Shown in pieces: positions 19,147 to 28,424 of a DNA stretch of 45,223 nt; positions within the stretch are counted from its first letter, which is position 1, and each line of letters begins with the position of its first letter. The position numbers and the translations under genes were made by a program. The notes beneath the pieces were generated by a model that was not told the DNA's origin, did not search any database, and was given only the letters and a program-made list of their open reading frames with translations. Origin of the DNA: Variovorax sp. (GTDB lineage Bacteria > Pseudomonadota > Gammaproteobacteria > Burkholderiales > Burkholderiaceae_C); the NCBI GenBank assembly GCA_028292285.1, contig JAQGMP010000137.1:1-45223 (forward strand). Direction: 5' to 3'.

Positions 19147-20559
19147 TCAAAGCGCCGGGCGCATCAGCATCGACGCGGTGCCGAGCGCCACCGCGGCGAT
19201 GCCGAGATAGAGGATGGCGAACACATGATTGATTCGCACCGTGACGGCGTAGATCGAAAAGCCCGAGTAGCGGCTGGCCATGAGCGCCATCATCGAGAAC
19301 GGCGTAGCGCAGCTTGCCACCGACCATCCGACCAGGATTGCCGCGAGGTGCGCCACCGGCGCGAGATGCAGCACCGACGGCGGCAGCGACGAAGCGACCA
19401 ACACCGCCGACAGCACCGGGTGGACCGCCGCGAACCCCAGCGCGATGATGGCCAGCATCAGCACCAGGCAGGCCAGGATGGCCGAGTGCGACAGGGCACC
19501 GCCGACCAGCGTGGTCCAGGCGATCGGCACCGCGCCCGCAATGATGGTGCCGCCGCAGCCCGCCACCATGAAAAGCGCCACTTCGCCGGCCAGCGCGGGC
19601 AGCGCGAGCACGTCGGCTCGCAGCAGCCGCGAAGCCTGCGCGAGGCGGAGTGGCCCGCGGGCCTGCGCGCAATGAAGCGCGAGGACCGCGAACGGAATCA
19701 CGATCACGATGGCGCCCGTCACGGTGATGTGCACCAGGTGCGACACCAGAATCACCGTGCCCAGAAAAGTCGCCATCACCGCGACCATCGGCCCCAGCGC
19801 CGAGCCCAGCGAACGTTCGGGCCGTTCGAGCGGCGGCGGCGCCGTGCGCCCGCGCAGCCGCCACAGGTCGAGCGCCGTGCCCACCACGATCGATCCGGCC
19901 GCAAGGCCGAGCGTGAGCGGCACCACGGTCGACCAGCTCAGGCCCGGGTACAGCGCCAGCAGGATCGTCAGGTTGCTCACCATCGGGCTCCACAGCGTGG
20001 CGGCCGAAAAACTGCGCGTGATGGCTGCGAACATCGACAGCCGGTCCTCGTCGATGCCGGCCTCGCCGCGCGACGCCATCTGTAGCAGCAGGTTGACCCC
20101 CGCCATGCCGAGCAGACCGCCGAAGAGCTGGGCTGCGAACGAGAACCAGGCATAACGGCTGCGCATGCTGCTCGTGAGCAGGTACTGCGCGACGATCCGC
20201 GTGTAGGAGCTTTCGAGCGCCGCGCGCGCGAGCAGCGAGACCGAGGACACGAGCGACACCATCAGCCCGCCGATCGCGATGCCGCGCCCCAAGCTTTGCA
20301 ACGGGTCGGCCGACAGCGGCAGGAGCGCAAGACTCACGCCCGCCACCGCCAGCGTCACGCGCCGGATGCTATGCGGAATGCGTCGGTGCGCCAGCAGCAG
20401 GAACAGCGCCGCTGCCGCGCCCATGAGCCAGACCGCGCCCGAGTCGGGCCGGAACTGCGTGGCCAGCGTGCTCAGTGCCACCACGATCAGGCAGACAGGC
20501 GCCCACCATTCGCGCGGCGCCGCTGCCACAGCGGCCGCTTCGCTTGACCGGGTCTTCAA
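19147..20559 (-). CDS. Hypothetical polytopic membrane protein (possible transporter)
   Basis: 470 aa with many hydrophobic segments; TTG start coupled to the upstream stop; no family motif recognised. Confidence 0.7.
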   Translation of the reverse strand: MKTRSSEAAAVAAAPREWWAPVCLIVVALSTLATQFRPDSGAVWLMGAAAALFLLLAHRRIPHSIRRVTLAVAGVSLALLPLSADPLQSLGRGIAIGGLMVSLVSSVSLLARAALESSYTRIVAQYLLTSSMRSRYAWFSFAAQLFGGLLGMAGVNLLLQMASRGEAGIDEDRLSMFAAITRSFSAATLWSPMVSNLTILLALYPGLSWSTVVPLTLGLAAGSIVVGTALDLWRLRGRTAPPPLERPERSLGSALGPMVAVMATFLGTVILVSHLVHITVTGAIVIVIPFAVLALHCAQARGPLRLAQASRLLRADVLALPALAGEVALFMVAGCGGTIIAGAVPIAWTTLVGGALSHSAILACLVLMLAIIALGFAAVHPVLSAVLVASSLPPSVLHLAPVAHLAAILVGWSVASCATPFSMMALMASRYSGFSIYAVTVRINHVFAILYLGIAAVALGTASMLMRPAL

Positions 20560-21401
20560 TTCAGCAGGAGCAGCGATGCCTGCCTCGCGCTCTGGCCCAC
20601 CTGCACGCCCTTGTCACGCGCGTGCTTGTTGGCCGCGCTGATCACGCCGTCGAAATAAGTGCTCTGGCCATCGCCCATGCGCGCGGTGAGAGCGCTGACC
20701 GACGCGCCCGCGATGCCGTCGGGCTCGACGGCCTCCAGGGCGCTCAGGCCCGAGTTGTTCTTGCCGATCCCGCCGTCTGAACAAATGAATGCCCAAGGCC
20801 GGAAGTCTCGAAAGTAGCCGATCACACTGCGGCCGGTATGGCCCGCGGTGCACAGCACGTTGTGCTCCTTGTCCTCGGGCAGTGCGTAAGCGATCGAATC
20901 GGTGCACACGATGCTGCGGCCGTTGGCGGCTGTGTGGATCAGGCGCCGGCGCGTCGGATCGAACACTTCGGGTTTCTTTTCGCCGCTTAGCATGTATTGC
21001 GCGCAGTCGCGGGCGCGCATGCCGGGCTCGATGCCCAGTGCCTGGGCGGCATCGTTGACGCGGCTCACGATGCCGTTGTCGTAGAGGTCGGCGCCATTGC
21101 CCATTTCGGCAGTCATGACGTCGACCGCGGCCGAGGGCACGCCGAGCGCCTCGTAGTACCAGAGCCCGGCGACGCCGGCACCGTCCTTGCCGATGGCGCA
21201 GTCGAGGCCGATGACGAATTTTGGCCGGGCCGACATCACCATGCGGGCGCACAGCACGCCGGAATACGAGGCGTTGACGACCAGGTCGCCCGCCGTGGCA
21301 GGCGCCTCGGCGACATGGCCCTCGACGTAGGTAGCCGAATCGAAGATCAGGATGCGGCCTTGCGGGCTCTGGATGATTCTGGGCGCGTGGCTGGATGCCA
21401 T
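20556..21401 (-). CDS. Hypothetical protein with two tandem homologous domains
   Basis: 281 aa; both halves share D-S, D..IGK...G...L, TA.MG.G...Y..G..S..N..A...G...G..AR. Confidence 0.8.
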   Translation of the reverse strand: MASSHAPRIIQSPQGRILIFDSATYVEGHVAEAPATAGDLVVNASYSGVLCARMVMSARPKFVIGLDCAIGKDGAGVAGLWYYEALGVPSAAVDVMTAEMGNGADLYDNGIVSRVNDAAQALGIEPGMRARDCAQYMLSGEKKPEVFDPTRRRLIHTAANGRSIVCTDSIAYALPEDKEHNVLCTAGHTGRSVIGYFRDFRPWAFICSDGGIGKNNSGLSALEAVEPDGIAGASVSALTARMGDGQSTYFDGVISAANKHARDKGVQVGQSARQASLLLLN

Positions 21402-21458
21402 ATGAAACCTTCGCTCGAAAAGAAATGGATGGGGTGCCACTGAAAGGCGGTTAATCGT

Positions 21459-21473
21459 AATGGTAAATCCATT
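21459..21473. promoter_or_regulatory. Putative FadR/GntR operator AATGGTAAATCCATT
   Basis: Palindrome in the divergent region upstream of gntR (21551) and the hypothetical gene (21401). Confidence 0.72.
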
Positions 21474-21550
21474 TGCCCAAATCGCGCGCATGCACAATGG
21501 TTCGAGCGCCGCCACCACGGCGGAGCCAACAACATCGAGGGATAGAAAAT

Positions 21551-22402
21551 ATGGACGTGACTCAGGACCTGGCTTTCCAGCAGATCAAAACCCGTCGCGT
21601 GTTCGAAGAAATCTGCGAACAGATTCGCAACCGCTTGAGCTCAGGTGCCCTGAAGCCCGGTGACAAGCTGCCGGCCGAGCGTGACCTCGCGGTGGAATTC
21701 AAGGTCAGCCGCCCGGCCGTGCGCGAAGCGCTGCGCACGCTGGAAATCTCAGGCGTTGTGTCGCTGCGCAAGGGTGTCAAGGGCGGGGCGTTCATCCGCG
21801 ACGGCAACCCGGCGATGCTTACGCAGTCGCTGCAGGACCTGATGTTCCTGGGCAGCGTCTCGCTGCGCAGTCTGGCCGAGGCACGCGTGCTCATCAATGG
21901 CATGGTCATCAAGCTGGCGTGCGAGCGCGCCACCGAAGAGGATTTCAAGGCCATCCAGGAAAACATCGACTTTATCGAGAGCAGCGCAGACCTGCTTCAC
22001 CGCGCCAATGCCGGCGTGATGTTCTTCCGGATCATTGCCCGGGCAACGCGCAACGAGGTGTTGATGATGTTGGTCGATTCGCTCGGCGACATCATCCGTG
22101 TGGTGATCGATCGAACCGGCCGCGTCGCCCGGCCTGAGCTGGTCGCCGTGCGCAGACGGATCCTCGATGCGATGAAGGCGCGCAATGCCGACGCGGCCAT
22201 CGAAGGCATGAACGAATACCTGAGCGTGGTACATCGTGGCATCGATCTTGGTGTGCCGACCGAGCCAATCGAGGTGGTGAAGCCCGGCCGCGCCGTGGCA
22301 GCCGTGGCGAAGCGGGCCGCAGCAACGCGCAAGCCCGCGGCCGCGTCGCGCGTCGCGCTCAAGCGTGCACCTGCAGTTCCGACGCGGCGCGCCGCGCGGT
22401 AG
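21551..22402 (+). CDS. GntR/FadR-family transcriptional regulator with basic Ala/Arg/Lys-rich tail
   Basis: LKPGDKLPAERDLAVEFKVSRPAVREAL wHTH; FCD with ATRNEVL. Confidence 0.93.
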   Translation: MDVTQDLAFQQIKTRRVFEEICEQIRNRLSSGALKPGDKLPAERDLAVEFKVSRPAVREALRTLEISGVVSLRKGVKGGAFIRDGNPAMLTQSLQDLMFLGSVSLRSLAEARVLINGMVIKLACERATEEDFKAIQENIDFIESSADLLHRANAGVMFFRIIARATRNEVLMMLVDSLGDIIRVVIDRTGRVARPELVAVRRRILDAMKARNADAAIEGMNEYLSVVHRGIDLGVPTEPIEVVKPGRAVAAVAKRAAATRKPAAASRVALKRAPAVPTRRAAR

Positions 22403-22507
22403 ACGACGACAGTAATCCCGACGCCGATGCCGACGCCGTGCCAACCAAGTGCCGGTCGGCCAGAAGCTCTCTCGATACGTCGGGCACGGACGCCCCGCAT
22501 GCCGGTG

Positions 22508-22547
22508 TTGACAAAGCGATTTTGTCTTCTAGAATGGTAATACCATT
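22508..22547 (+). promoter_or_regulatory. Sigma70 promoter (TTGACA-16-TAGAAT) overlapped by perfect operator AATGGTAATACCATT (22533-22547)
   Basis: -35 at 22508-22513, -10 at 22530-22535; the palindrome covers the -10/+1 region upstream of the amidohydrolase. Confidence 0.82.
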
Positions 22548-22596
22548 AGAATCAAGATCGCTCGTCAACCTACCCACCCGCATTACGAGGCCCAAC

Positions 22597-23829
22597 ATGA
22601 CCGAAATCGTTGTCAACGAACAGAACAAGTGGCGTTTGAACACGCCCGGCGCAGAAGGCTGGGATAAAACGCCCCGACCCGGCGCTCCCAACAAGTACCT
22701 GATGATTTCGTCGGACACCCATGCCAACGAGCCCGGCAACCTGTGGGCCGAGCGCATCGACGCCAAGTACAAAGACCGTCTGCCCAAAATGTGGATCGAC
22801 GACAAGGGCATTCAGTGGCGCAAGATGGAAGCTTCGGAGCAGCCTGACCGCCTGGTGCTCGCCCGCCTCGAAGGCGAGGATCTCGCACGTTCCAGGGCCG
22901 GCGCCACCGCCACCGAACAAGGACCCTCTGTCGAGCAGCGTCTGAAAGACCTGGAGATGGACGGCATCGACGGCGAGGTGATCTTCCCAGGCAAGGGCTT
23001 GGGCATGTGGTACACGTTCGACCCCGAATTCGCGCATGCGCAGGTCGAGGTTTACAACACGTGGGCATGGGAAACCTTCGGCGCCCATATCGACCGGCTG
23101 TCGCCCGCCGCAGCGCTGGCCACTGGCGACCTGCCCGCGACCATCAAGGAGGTCGAACGCTGCCTGAAATTGGGCTTTCGCCACTTCACACTGCCGTGCA
23201 AGCCGCTCTTCGGCCCTCCCAAGACCAACGAACTCAACTACAACAAGGTCGACTTCGATCCGCTGTGGGCCATGTTCTGCGAGGCCGATGTGCCGGTGTC
23301 GTTTCACGTTTCGACCGGCAAGGATCCGCGTACCACGCGCGGTCTGGGCGGCGCAGTGGTCAACTACGTCGTGCACTCGCTTTCGCCCACGCTGGAGCCG
23401 CTGGTGAACATCTGCGCATCGGGCGTCGGCGAGCGCTTCCCCGACCTGAAGTTCGGCAGCGTCGAGGCCGGTATCGGCTGGCTGCCCTGGATGCTCGATG
23501 CCATGGACGAGGCCTACCTGAAGCACCACTTCTGGGTCAAGCCGAAGCTCAAGGCGTTGCCGAGCGATTATTTCCGCGCCAAGGGTTTTGCCACCTTCGG
23601 CGAAGACCGCCCGGGCCTCGCGCTGATCGAGGAATACGGCCTGCAGGACAACTTCATGTGGGCCAACGACTATCCCCACCATGAAGGAACCTGGCCGCAT
23701 TCGGCCGAGGCCATCGAGCGCCAGATGGGCAAGCTCACCGAAGTGACGCGTGCCAAGGTGCTCGGCGAGAACGCCGCCAAGGTATTCGGCTTCAAAGAAG
23801 CGATCGCCCGGTACAACGCCAAAAGCTGA
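22597..23829 (+). CDS. Amidohydrolase family 2 protein (decarboxylase/hydratase/C-C hydrolase-like)
   Basis: ISSDTH, DGIDGEVIFP, PVSFH, VEAGIGWLP, WANDYPHHEGTWP, GENAAKVF. Confidence 0.9.
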   Translation: MTEIVVNEQNKWRLNTPGAEGWDKTPRPGAPNKYLMISSDTHANEPGNLWAERIDAKYKDRLPKMWIDDKGIQWRKMEASEQPDRLVLARLEGEDLARSRAGATATEQGPSVEQRLKDLEMDGIDGEVIFPGKGLGMWYTFDPEFAHAQVEVYNTWAWETFGAHIDRLSPAAALATGDLPATIKEVERCLKLGFRHFTLPCKPLFGPPKTNELNYNKVDFDPLWAMFCEADVPVSFHVSTGKDPRTTRGLGGAVVNYVVHSLSPTLEPLVNICASGVGERFPDLKFGSVEAGIGWLPWMLDAMDEAYLKHHFWVKPKLKALPSDYFRAKGFATFGEDRPGLALIEEYGLQDNFMWANDYPHHEGTWPHSAEAIERQMGKLTEVTRAKVLGENAAKVFGFKEAIARYNAKS

Positions 23830-23847
23830 GCGTTGCAACGCAGACCG

Positions 23848-23882
23848 GCGCCGGGACACCGAAAAGGTTCCGGCGCTTTTTT
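23848..23882 (+). terminator. Rho-independent terminator
   Basis: GCGCCGG...CCGGCGC hairpin followed by TTTTTT, about 18 nt after the amidohydrolase stop. Confidence 0.75.
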
Positions 23883-23954
23883 GCGTGCAATGCGGATACC
23901 GGCACGGATACGGGATTCCGAGACACACAACGAACATTCCTGGAGACCACCACG

Positions 23955-24356
23955 ATGACCGCCTTCACACCCTTCCATCCCCAGCATGACGGCCTTGCCG
24001 ACGACGACTCGCGCTATGTCGATGTCGCAAGCCTTCCGTGGAAACCGACCCCCACGCCCGGCATCGACATGAAGGTCTTGATGCAGGACGACGCGAGCGG
24101 CTTGCTGACGGCCCTGTTCCGCTGGGAGGCCGGCACGCAGTTGCCGCTGCACGAGCACGTCGAGATCGAGCAAACCTACGTGCTCCAGGGCAGCATCGTC
24201 GACGAGGAGGGCGAAGCGCTCGAGGGCAACTATGTCTGGCGCCCGAAGGGCAACCGACACCTCGCACGCTCACCGCACGGCGCGCTTGTGATCTCGTTTT
24301 TCTTGAAGCCGAACAAGTTTCTCGAAGGCGAGTACGCGGGCAAGGAACTCAAGTAG
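23955..24356 (+). CDS. Cupin domain protein (ChrR-like cupin)
   Basis: GGAG SD; LPW...PG, LPLHEH..EQTYVLQG, GNYVWRPKGNRH. Confidence 0.85.
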   Translation: MTAFTPFHPQHDGLADDDSRYVDVASLPWKPTPTPGIDMKVLMQDDASGLLTALFRWEAGTQLPLHEHVEIEQTYVLQGSIVDEEGEALEGNYVWRPKGNRHLARSPHGALVISFFLKPNKFLEGEYAGKELK

Positions 24357-24391
24357 AAATTTCGCCCCCTTCAAGATCAACAGACATCCCG

Positions 24392-25369
24392 ATGAAAACC
24401 TTCCGACGCATCCTCCTGGCCATCGCTGCCGCAACTGTTGCCGTACCGGCCCTGCCGGCCTTCGCGCAGTCCGATTTTCCGACCAAGCCGATCAAGATCA
24501 TCGTGCCGTACCCGGCCGGAGGTCTGTCGGATTTCCAGGTGCGCGCCGTGGCCGAACCGCTCGGCAAGCTGCTCGGCCAGTCGATCATCGTCGACAACCG
24601 GCCCGGCGCCTCGGCCGGCATTGGCACGCAAGTGGTGGCGACGTCACCGGCCGATGGCTACACCCTGGTCTTCGTCAACAACGGCTTCGTGATCACGCCG
24701 CTGGTAAACAAGACCACCATGTACGACCCGGTCAAGGATTTCGCGCCGGTGTCGGTGGTGTCCACCTCGCCGATGGTGCTGGTCGTCAATTCCGAGGTGC
24801 CGGCCACCGACGTACCCAGCTTCATCGCTTACGCCAAGGCGCAACCGGGCGGTGTCGAGTACGGCTCGGCGGGCACAGCATCTTTCGGCCATATGGCAAC
24901 GGCGCTCTTCTCGCAGGCGACGGGGTTGAAGATGACGCACATCCCGTACAAGGGCGAGGCGCCTATGAGCCTGGCATTGCGGACCGGCGAAGTGAAGACC
25001 CTGATCACCACGCCGTCGCCTCAGATCATGGGCGCGGTCAAGGAAGGCAAGCTCAGGCTGCTGGGCGTGGCGTCGAGCAAGCCGGCGCCGTTGCTGCCCG
25101 GCGTCAAGCAGATCTCCGACACGGTGCCCGGCTTCACGGCCGAGGTGTGGTTCGGCCTCTTTGCCCCGAAGGGCACGCCGCCCGACGTCATCGCCAAGCT
25201 CAATGCTGCACTCGTGAAAGTGCTGGCCACGCAAGACATCAAGGACAAATTCGCCACCGTAGGCGCAACAGCCGAAAGCAACGCACCGGCCATTTACGGG
25301 AAGATGGTTCGAGAAGAATCGGCGCGCTGGGCCGACCTGATCGCCAAGACCGGTATCAAGGCCGAGTGA
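24392..25369 (+). CDS. Bug/TctC tripartite tricarboxylate transporter substrate-binding protein
   Basis: Signal peptide; FPTKPIKIIVPYPAGGLSD, DNRPGA, DGYTL, HIPYKG, WFGLFAPKGTP. Confidence 0.93.
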   Translation: MKTFRRILLAIAAATVAVPALPAFAQSDFPTKPIKIIVPYPAGGLSDFQVRAVAEPLGKLLGQSIIVDNRPGASAGIGTQVVATSPADGYTLVFVNNGFVITPLVNKTTMYDPVKDFAPVSVVSTSPMVLVVNSEVPATDVPSFIAYAKAQPGGVEYGSAGTASFGHMATALFSQATGLKMTHIPYKGEAPMSLALRTGEVKTLITTPSPQIMGAVKEGKLRLLGVASSKPAPLLPGVKQISDTVPGFTAEVWFGLFAPKGTPPDVIAKLNAALVKVLATQDIKDKFATVGATAESNAPAIYGKMVREESARWADLIAKTGIKAE

Positions 25370-26820
25370 CGCGGTCGTTCGACGTTGTCGTCGTCGGGGG
25401 TGGCGCGTCGGGGTTGAGCGCCGCCATCGAGGCCGCAGCGGCCGGAGCAACCACGGTCGTACTGGAAAAAAACGCGCAGCCGGGTGGCAGCAGCCGCCTG
25501 TCGGTCGGCTCCATCAACGCCGCCGGATCGAGCCTGCAAAAGCGTGCTGGCATCGTCGACACACCCGACGCGCATTTCGAGGACATGGATTACTACGTGG
25601 GCGCGTTCGCGTCGCGCGACAACCTGGCCTTTCGTCGGCTGCTGGTCGACCATGCGGCCGAGACGCTCGACTGGCTGATGTCGCTCGGCCTGAGTTTTTA
25701 TGGCCCGACCGCCGACCCGCCCAATCGCCAGCCGCGCATGCACAACGTGGTGCCGAACTCGCGCGCCTATCCCTACTACCTGGGCCGCGAGGCCCGCCGC
25801 CGCGGCGTCGAACTGCGGCTCGGTGCGCAAGTCACCGGGCTGTTGCGCGGCGACGACGGCGGCGTACGCGGCGTGATGGCCATGCTCGATGGCAAGTCGG
25901 TGGAGATCGAAGCGCGCCGGGGCGTGGTGCTGGCGGCCGGCGACTACAGCAACAGCGCCGAACTCAAACGTCGCTTCCGGCCAGAGCTCGAGGGCATTCC
26001 CGCGGTGAATCCGACAGCGACCGGGGACGGCCACCGCATGGCCGAGGCCTTTGGCGCACGCCTGGTCAATGGCGAGGTCATTTACGGACCGGGTCTGCGC
26101 TTCGTCGATCCGGTGCGTCCGGGCCTGGCGAGTCGGTTGCCGCCCTCGTGGTGGCTCGGCAAGCTGATGCAACTGGCACTGAACCATCTGCCGATTGCGC
26201 TGTTTCGCCCCTTCGTGATGGCCTTCATGACCGCGTCGCTCGGACCTGAGGCGTCCATGCTCCGGGCGGGTGCGGTGCTGGTCAATGCGAAGGGCGAGCG
26301 CTTCGCCGACGAACTGCAGCAACCAGGCCTGGCGATTGCGCAGCAGCCGGGCGGGCAAGCATGGCTTGTGTTCGACAGCCGCGTCGCGCGCATGTTTTCG
26401 GAGCCGCCGCACTACATCTCGACGGCACCGGGCGTGGCCTTTGCCTACTTGCCGGACTACCGGCGACACCGCAAAGACCTGTACCACTGCGCCGAGACCG
26501 TCGGTGCACTGGCGAGCAGCCTGGGCATGTCCGCGCCTGCGCTGAAGGCCTCCCTCACGGCTGCGGGAAAAGCGCCTTTCCATGCGCTGGGTCCATTGGA
26601 AAGCCGCATCGTCATCACCGATGGCGGCCTGGCAGTCAACGGATCGCACCAGGTGATCGCCGAAGCCGGCGGCGTGATTGCACGGCTCTATGCAGCCGGT
26701 GCCGTGGGGCAGGGCGGTGCATTGCTTGCGGGCAACGGCCATCACATCTGCTGGGCTGTAACGTCGGGCCGGCGTGCGGGGCGCTTCGCGGCGCAGCGGC
26801 TACCGTCTCAGGATCGGTGA
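25366..26820 (+). CDS. FAD-dependent oxidoreductase (FAD_binding_2 superfamily)
   Basis: GTG coupled to the Bug stop; DVVVVGGGASG, GGSSRLS, GVVLAAGDY, TGDGH, TDGGL, LYAAG. Confidence 0.88.
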   Translation: MTRSFDVVVVGGGASGLSAAIEAAAAGATTVVLEKNAQPGGSSRLSVGSINAAGSSLQKRAGIVDTPDAHFEDMDYYVGAFASRDNLAFRRLLVDHAAETLDWLMSLGLSFYGPTADPPNRQPRMHNVVPNSRAYPYYLGREARRRGVELRLGAQVTGLLRGDDGGVRGVMAMLDGKSVEIEARRGVVLAAGDYSNSAELKRRFRPELEGIPAVNPTATGDGHRMAEAFGARLVNGEVIYGPGLRFVDPVRPGLASRLPPSWWLGKLMQLALNHLPIALFRPFVMAFMTASLGPEASMLRAGAVLVNAKGERFADELQQPGLAIAQQPGGQAWLVFDSRVARMFSEPPHYISTAPGVAFAYLPDYRRHRKDLYHCAETVGALASSLGMSAPALKASLTAAGKAPFHALGPLESRIVITDGGLAVNGSHQVIAEAGGVIARLYAAGAVGQGGALLAGNGHHICWAVTSGRRAGRFAAQRLPSQDR

Positions 26821-26824
26821 GCGC

Positions 26825-27565
26825 TCAGGGCTTCTGGCGCTCGTTCCAGAGAGCGAGGTATTTCACTTCGAGGCGCTGCAAGAACTTGGTCATCTCGAGG
26901 ACGGCGGCGTCCGCATCCCGTTCGCGCAGATGCTTCAGCAGCCGGCGCCGCGATGGCAAGGTGTAGGCGTTCTCGCTGGGCCCGATGCCCTTGATGAACT
27001 GCCGCATGACTTCCATCATGCCTTCCATCGTCACCTGAATGATGGGATTGCGCGTGGCACCCGCGAGGATGTTGTGGAACTGCCGATGCAGCTCGGCACG
27101 CTCGTCGAAATTGCCGGCTTTCTGCGCCTTGACGGCCGCCTGAACATTGGCTTCGAGCGCCTGCAGGTCTTCTTCGGTGATGCGTTCGCATGCCACTCGC
27201 ACGACGATGGCGCTGAGCCAGATGCGGGCCTCGGTCAAGTGCTGCGGCGTGATGGCGCCCAGATGGTAGAGATCGCGCAAACCATTGACGATCACCCCCG
27301 AACTCCCTGGCAACACGAAAGCGCCGCCCGTGGCGCCCTTGCGCAACTCGATCATTCCGGACAGTTCAAGCGCTCGCAGCGCCTCGCGCAGCGTGTTCCG
27401 GCTGACGTTGAACTTGGCGGACAGCCCGCGTTCGGCCGGCAGGCGATCGCCGGGCTTGAGTTTTCCGGTGGCCACCAGTTCGCGGATCTGACCGGCGATC
27501 TCTTCGAAGGCGCGTTGCGGGGTAATGGGGGCGAAGCCGAGGGCTGAGACGACGGTTTCTTTCAT
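26825..27565 (-). CDS. GntR/FadR-family transcriptional regulator (paralog of 999-1868)
   Basis: LKPGDRLPAERGLSAKFNVSRNTLREAL wHTH; FCD with FHNILAGATRNP. Confidence 0.93.
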   Translation of the reverse strand: MKETVVSALGFAPITPQRAFEEIAGQIRELVATGKLKPGDRLPAERGLSAKFNVSRNTLREALRALELSGMIELRKGATGGAFVLPGSSGVIVNGLRDLYHLGAITPQHLTEARIWLSAIVVRVACERITEEDLQALEANVQAAVKAQKAGNFDERAELHRQFHNILAGATRNPIIQVTMEGMMEVMRQFIKGIGPSENAYTLPSRRRLLKHLRERDADAAVLEMTKFLQRLEVKYLALWNERQKP

Positions 27566-27638
27566 GCAAGGCGCTGGGTGGGTGAAAACCCGGTCATTCT
27601 ATAGAGCGCTCCCCGAGCGCCCGCGCGGCGCAGCCCGA

Positions 27639-27965
27639 CTAGGTTTTGATCGAGAAAGGCACCGCCAGCAACAACTCGTTGCTTATCTTCGCGACCACCG
27701 GGCCGTCCTTTTCGCTTTCTTCCAAGGCCTTCTTCCAGTCCGGATCGGCGCGAAAAGCATTCCAGGCCGCGTCGCGCTGGTCATGCGAATCCCATTCGAG
27801 GATGTACTTGATCTCGAGGCTGTCGTTGCCCACGCCGACGGTGAAAAGTGGGCCAGGCCTGAAGCCATGCCTTTCGAACAGCCCGAGCGTGGCGCTCTTG
27901 AAGCGATTCAGCACGATCGGCATCTTGCCGGGCATGCACGTGTAGGTGCGGAATTCGTAGAACAT
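27639..27965 (-). CDS. NIPSNAP family protein
   Basis: MFYEFRTY..PGK, YILEWDS...RDAAW..FRADPDW, LL...PFS. Confidence 0.88.
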   Translation of the reverse strand: MFYEFRTYTCMPGKMPIVLNRFKSATLGLFERHGFRPGPLFTVGVGNDSLEIKYILEWDSHDQRDAAWNAFRADPDWKKALEESEKDGPVVAKISNELLLAVPFSIKT

Positions 27966-27998
27966 CGTCAAACCTTTGATGAAAACTGCAGGCAACAA

Positions 27999-28424
27999 TC
28001 AAATGGGACGCGACGCGAAAAGCGGTCCGTCCTCGAACTGAAGCGCGACCAACTCCATGGGCATTCCACACTCGAAGTTTTTGCCCTCGGTGTCGATCAT
28101 TCGCGTGGCGATGCGCAGGCCGATGTCGAGATCGACGACGCACAGCGCGTAGGGAGCTTCTTCCGTGAACACGCGCGGCGCCGCATGCACGCGCGTCCAT
28201 GAATAGAGCGTGCCACGCGCGCTCAGGTCTTTCCAAACCATCTTGTCCGACCAGCAATGGGGGCAGATCGGTTTTGGCGGAAAGGTGAATTTGCCGCAGG
28301 CTTCGCAGCAGGTGGTCTGCCATCGCCCTTGGGCCAGTCCGCTCCAGAACGGCTCGGTGAACTTCGACACGCGCGGCGGGTACGACCGCTTGCGCGCGAC
28401 GGGAATCAGTTGGAGTGTGCTCAT
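27999..28424 (-). CDS. DUF35 Zn-ribbon/OB-fold protein
   Basis: PFWSGL, CEACG..FPP..ICPHC, GTLYSWT, PYALCVVDL. Confidence 0.9.
   Translation of the reverse strand: MSTLQLIPVARKRSYPPRVSKFTEPFWSGLAQGRWQTTCCEACGKFTFPPKPICPHCWSDKMVWKDLSARGTLYSWTRVHAAPRVFTEEAPYALCVVDLDIGLRIATRMIDTEGKNFECGMPMELVALQFEDGPLFASRPI

Noticed and set aside
22402-22442. Short CCGACG/CCGATG tandem after the gntR stop
   Set aside because: Low-complexity GC microrepeat with no spacer structure.
23831-23840. 10-bp palindrome CGTTGCAACG right after the amidohydrolase stop
   Set aside because: Single occurrence, unrelated to either operator motif; probably chance.
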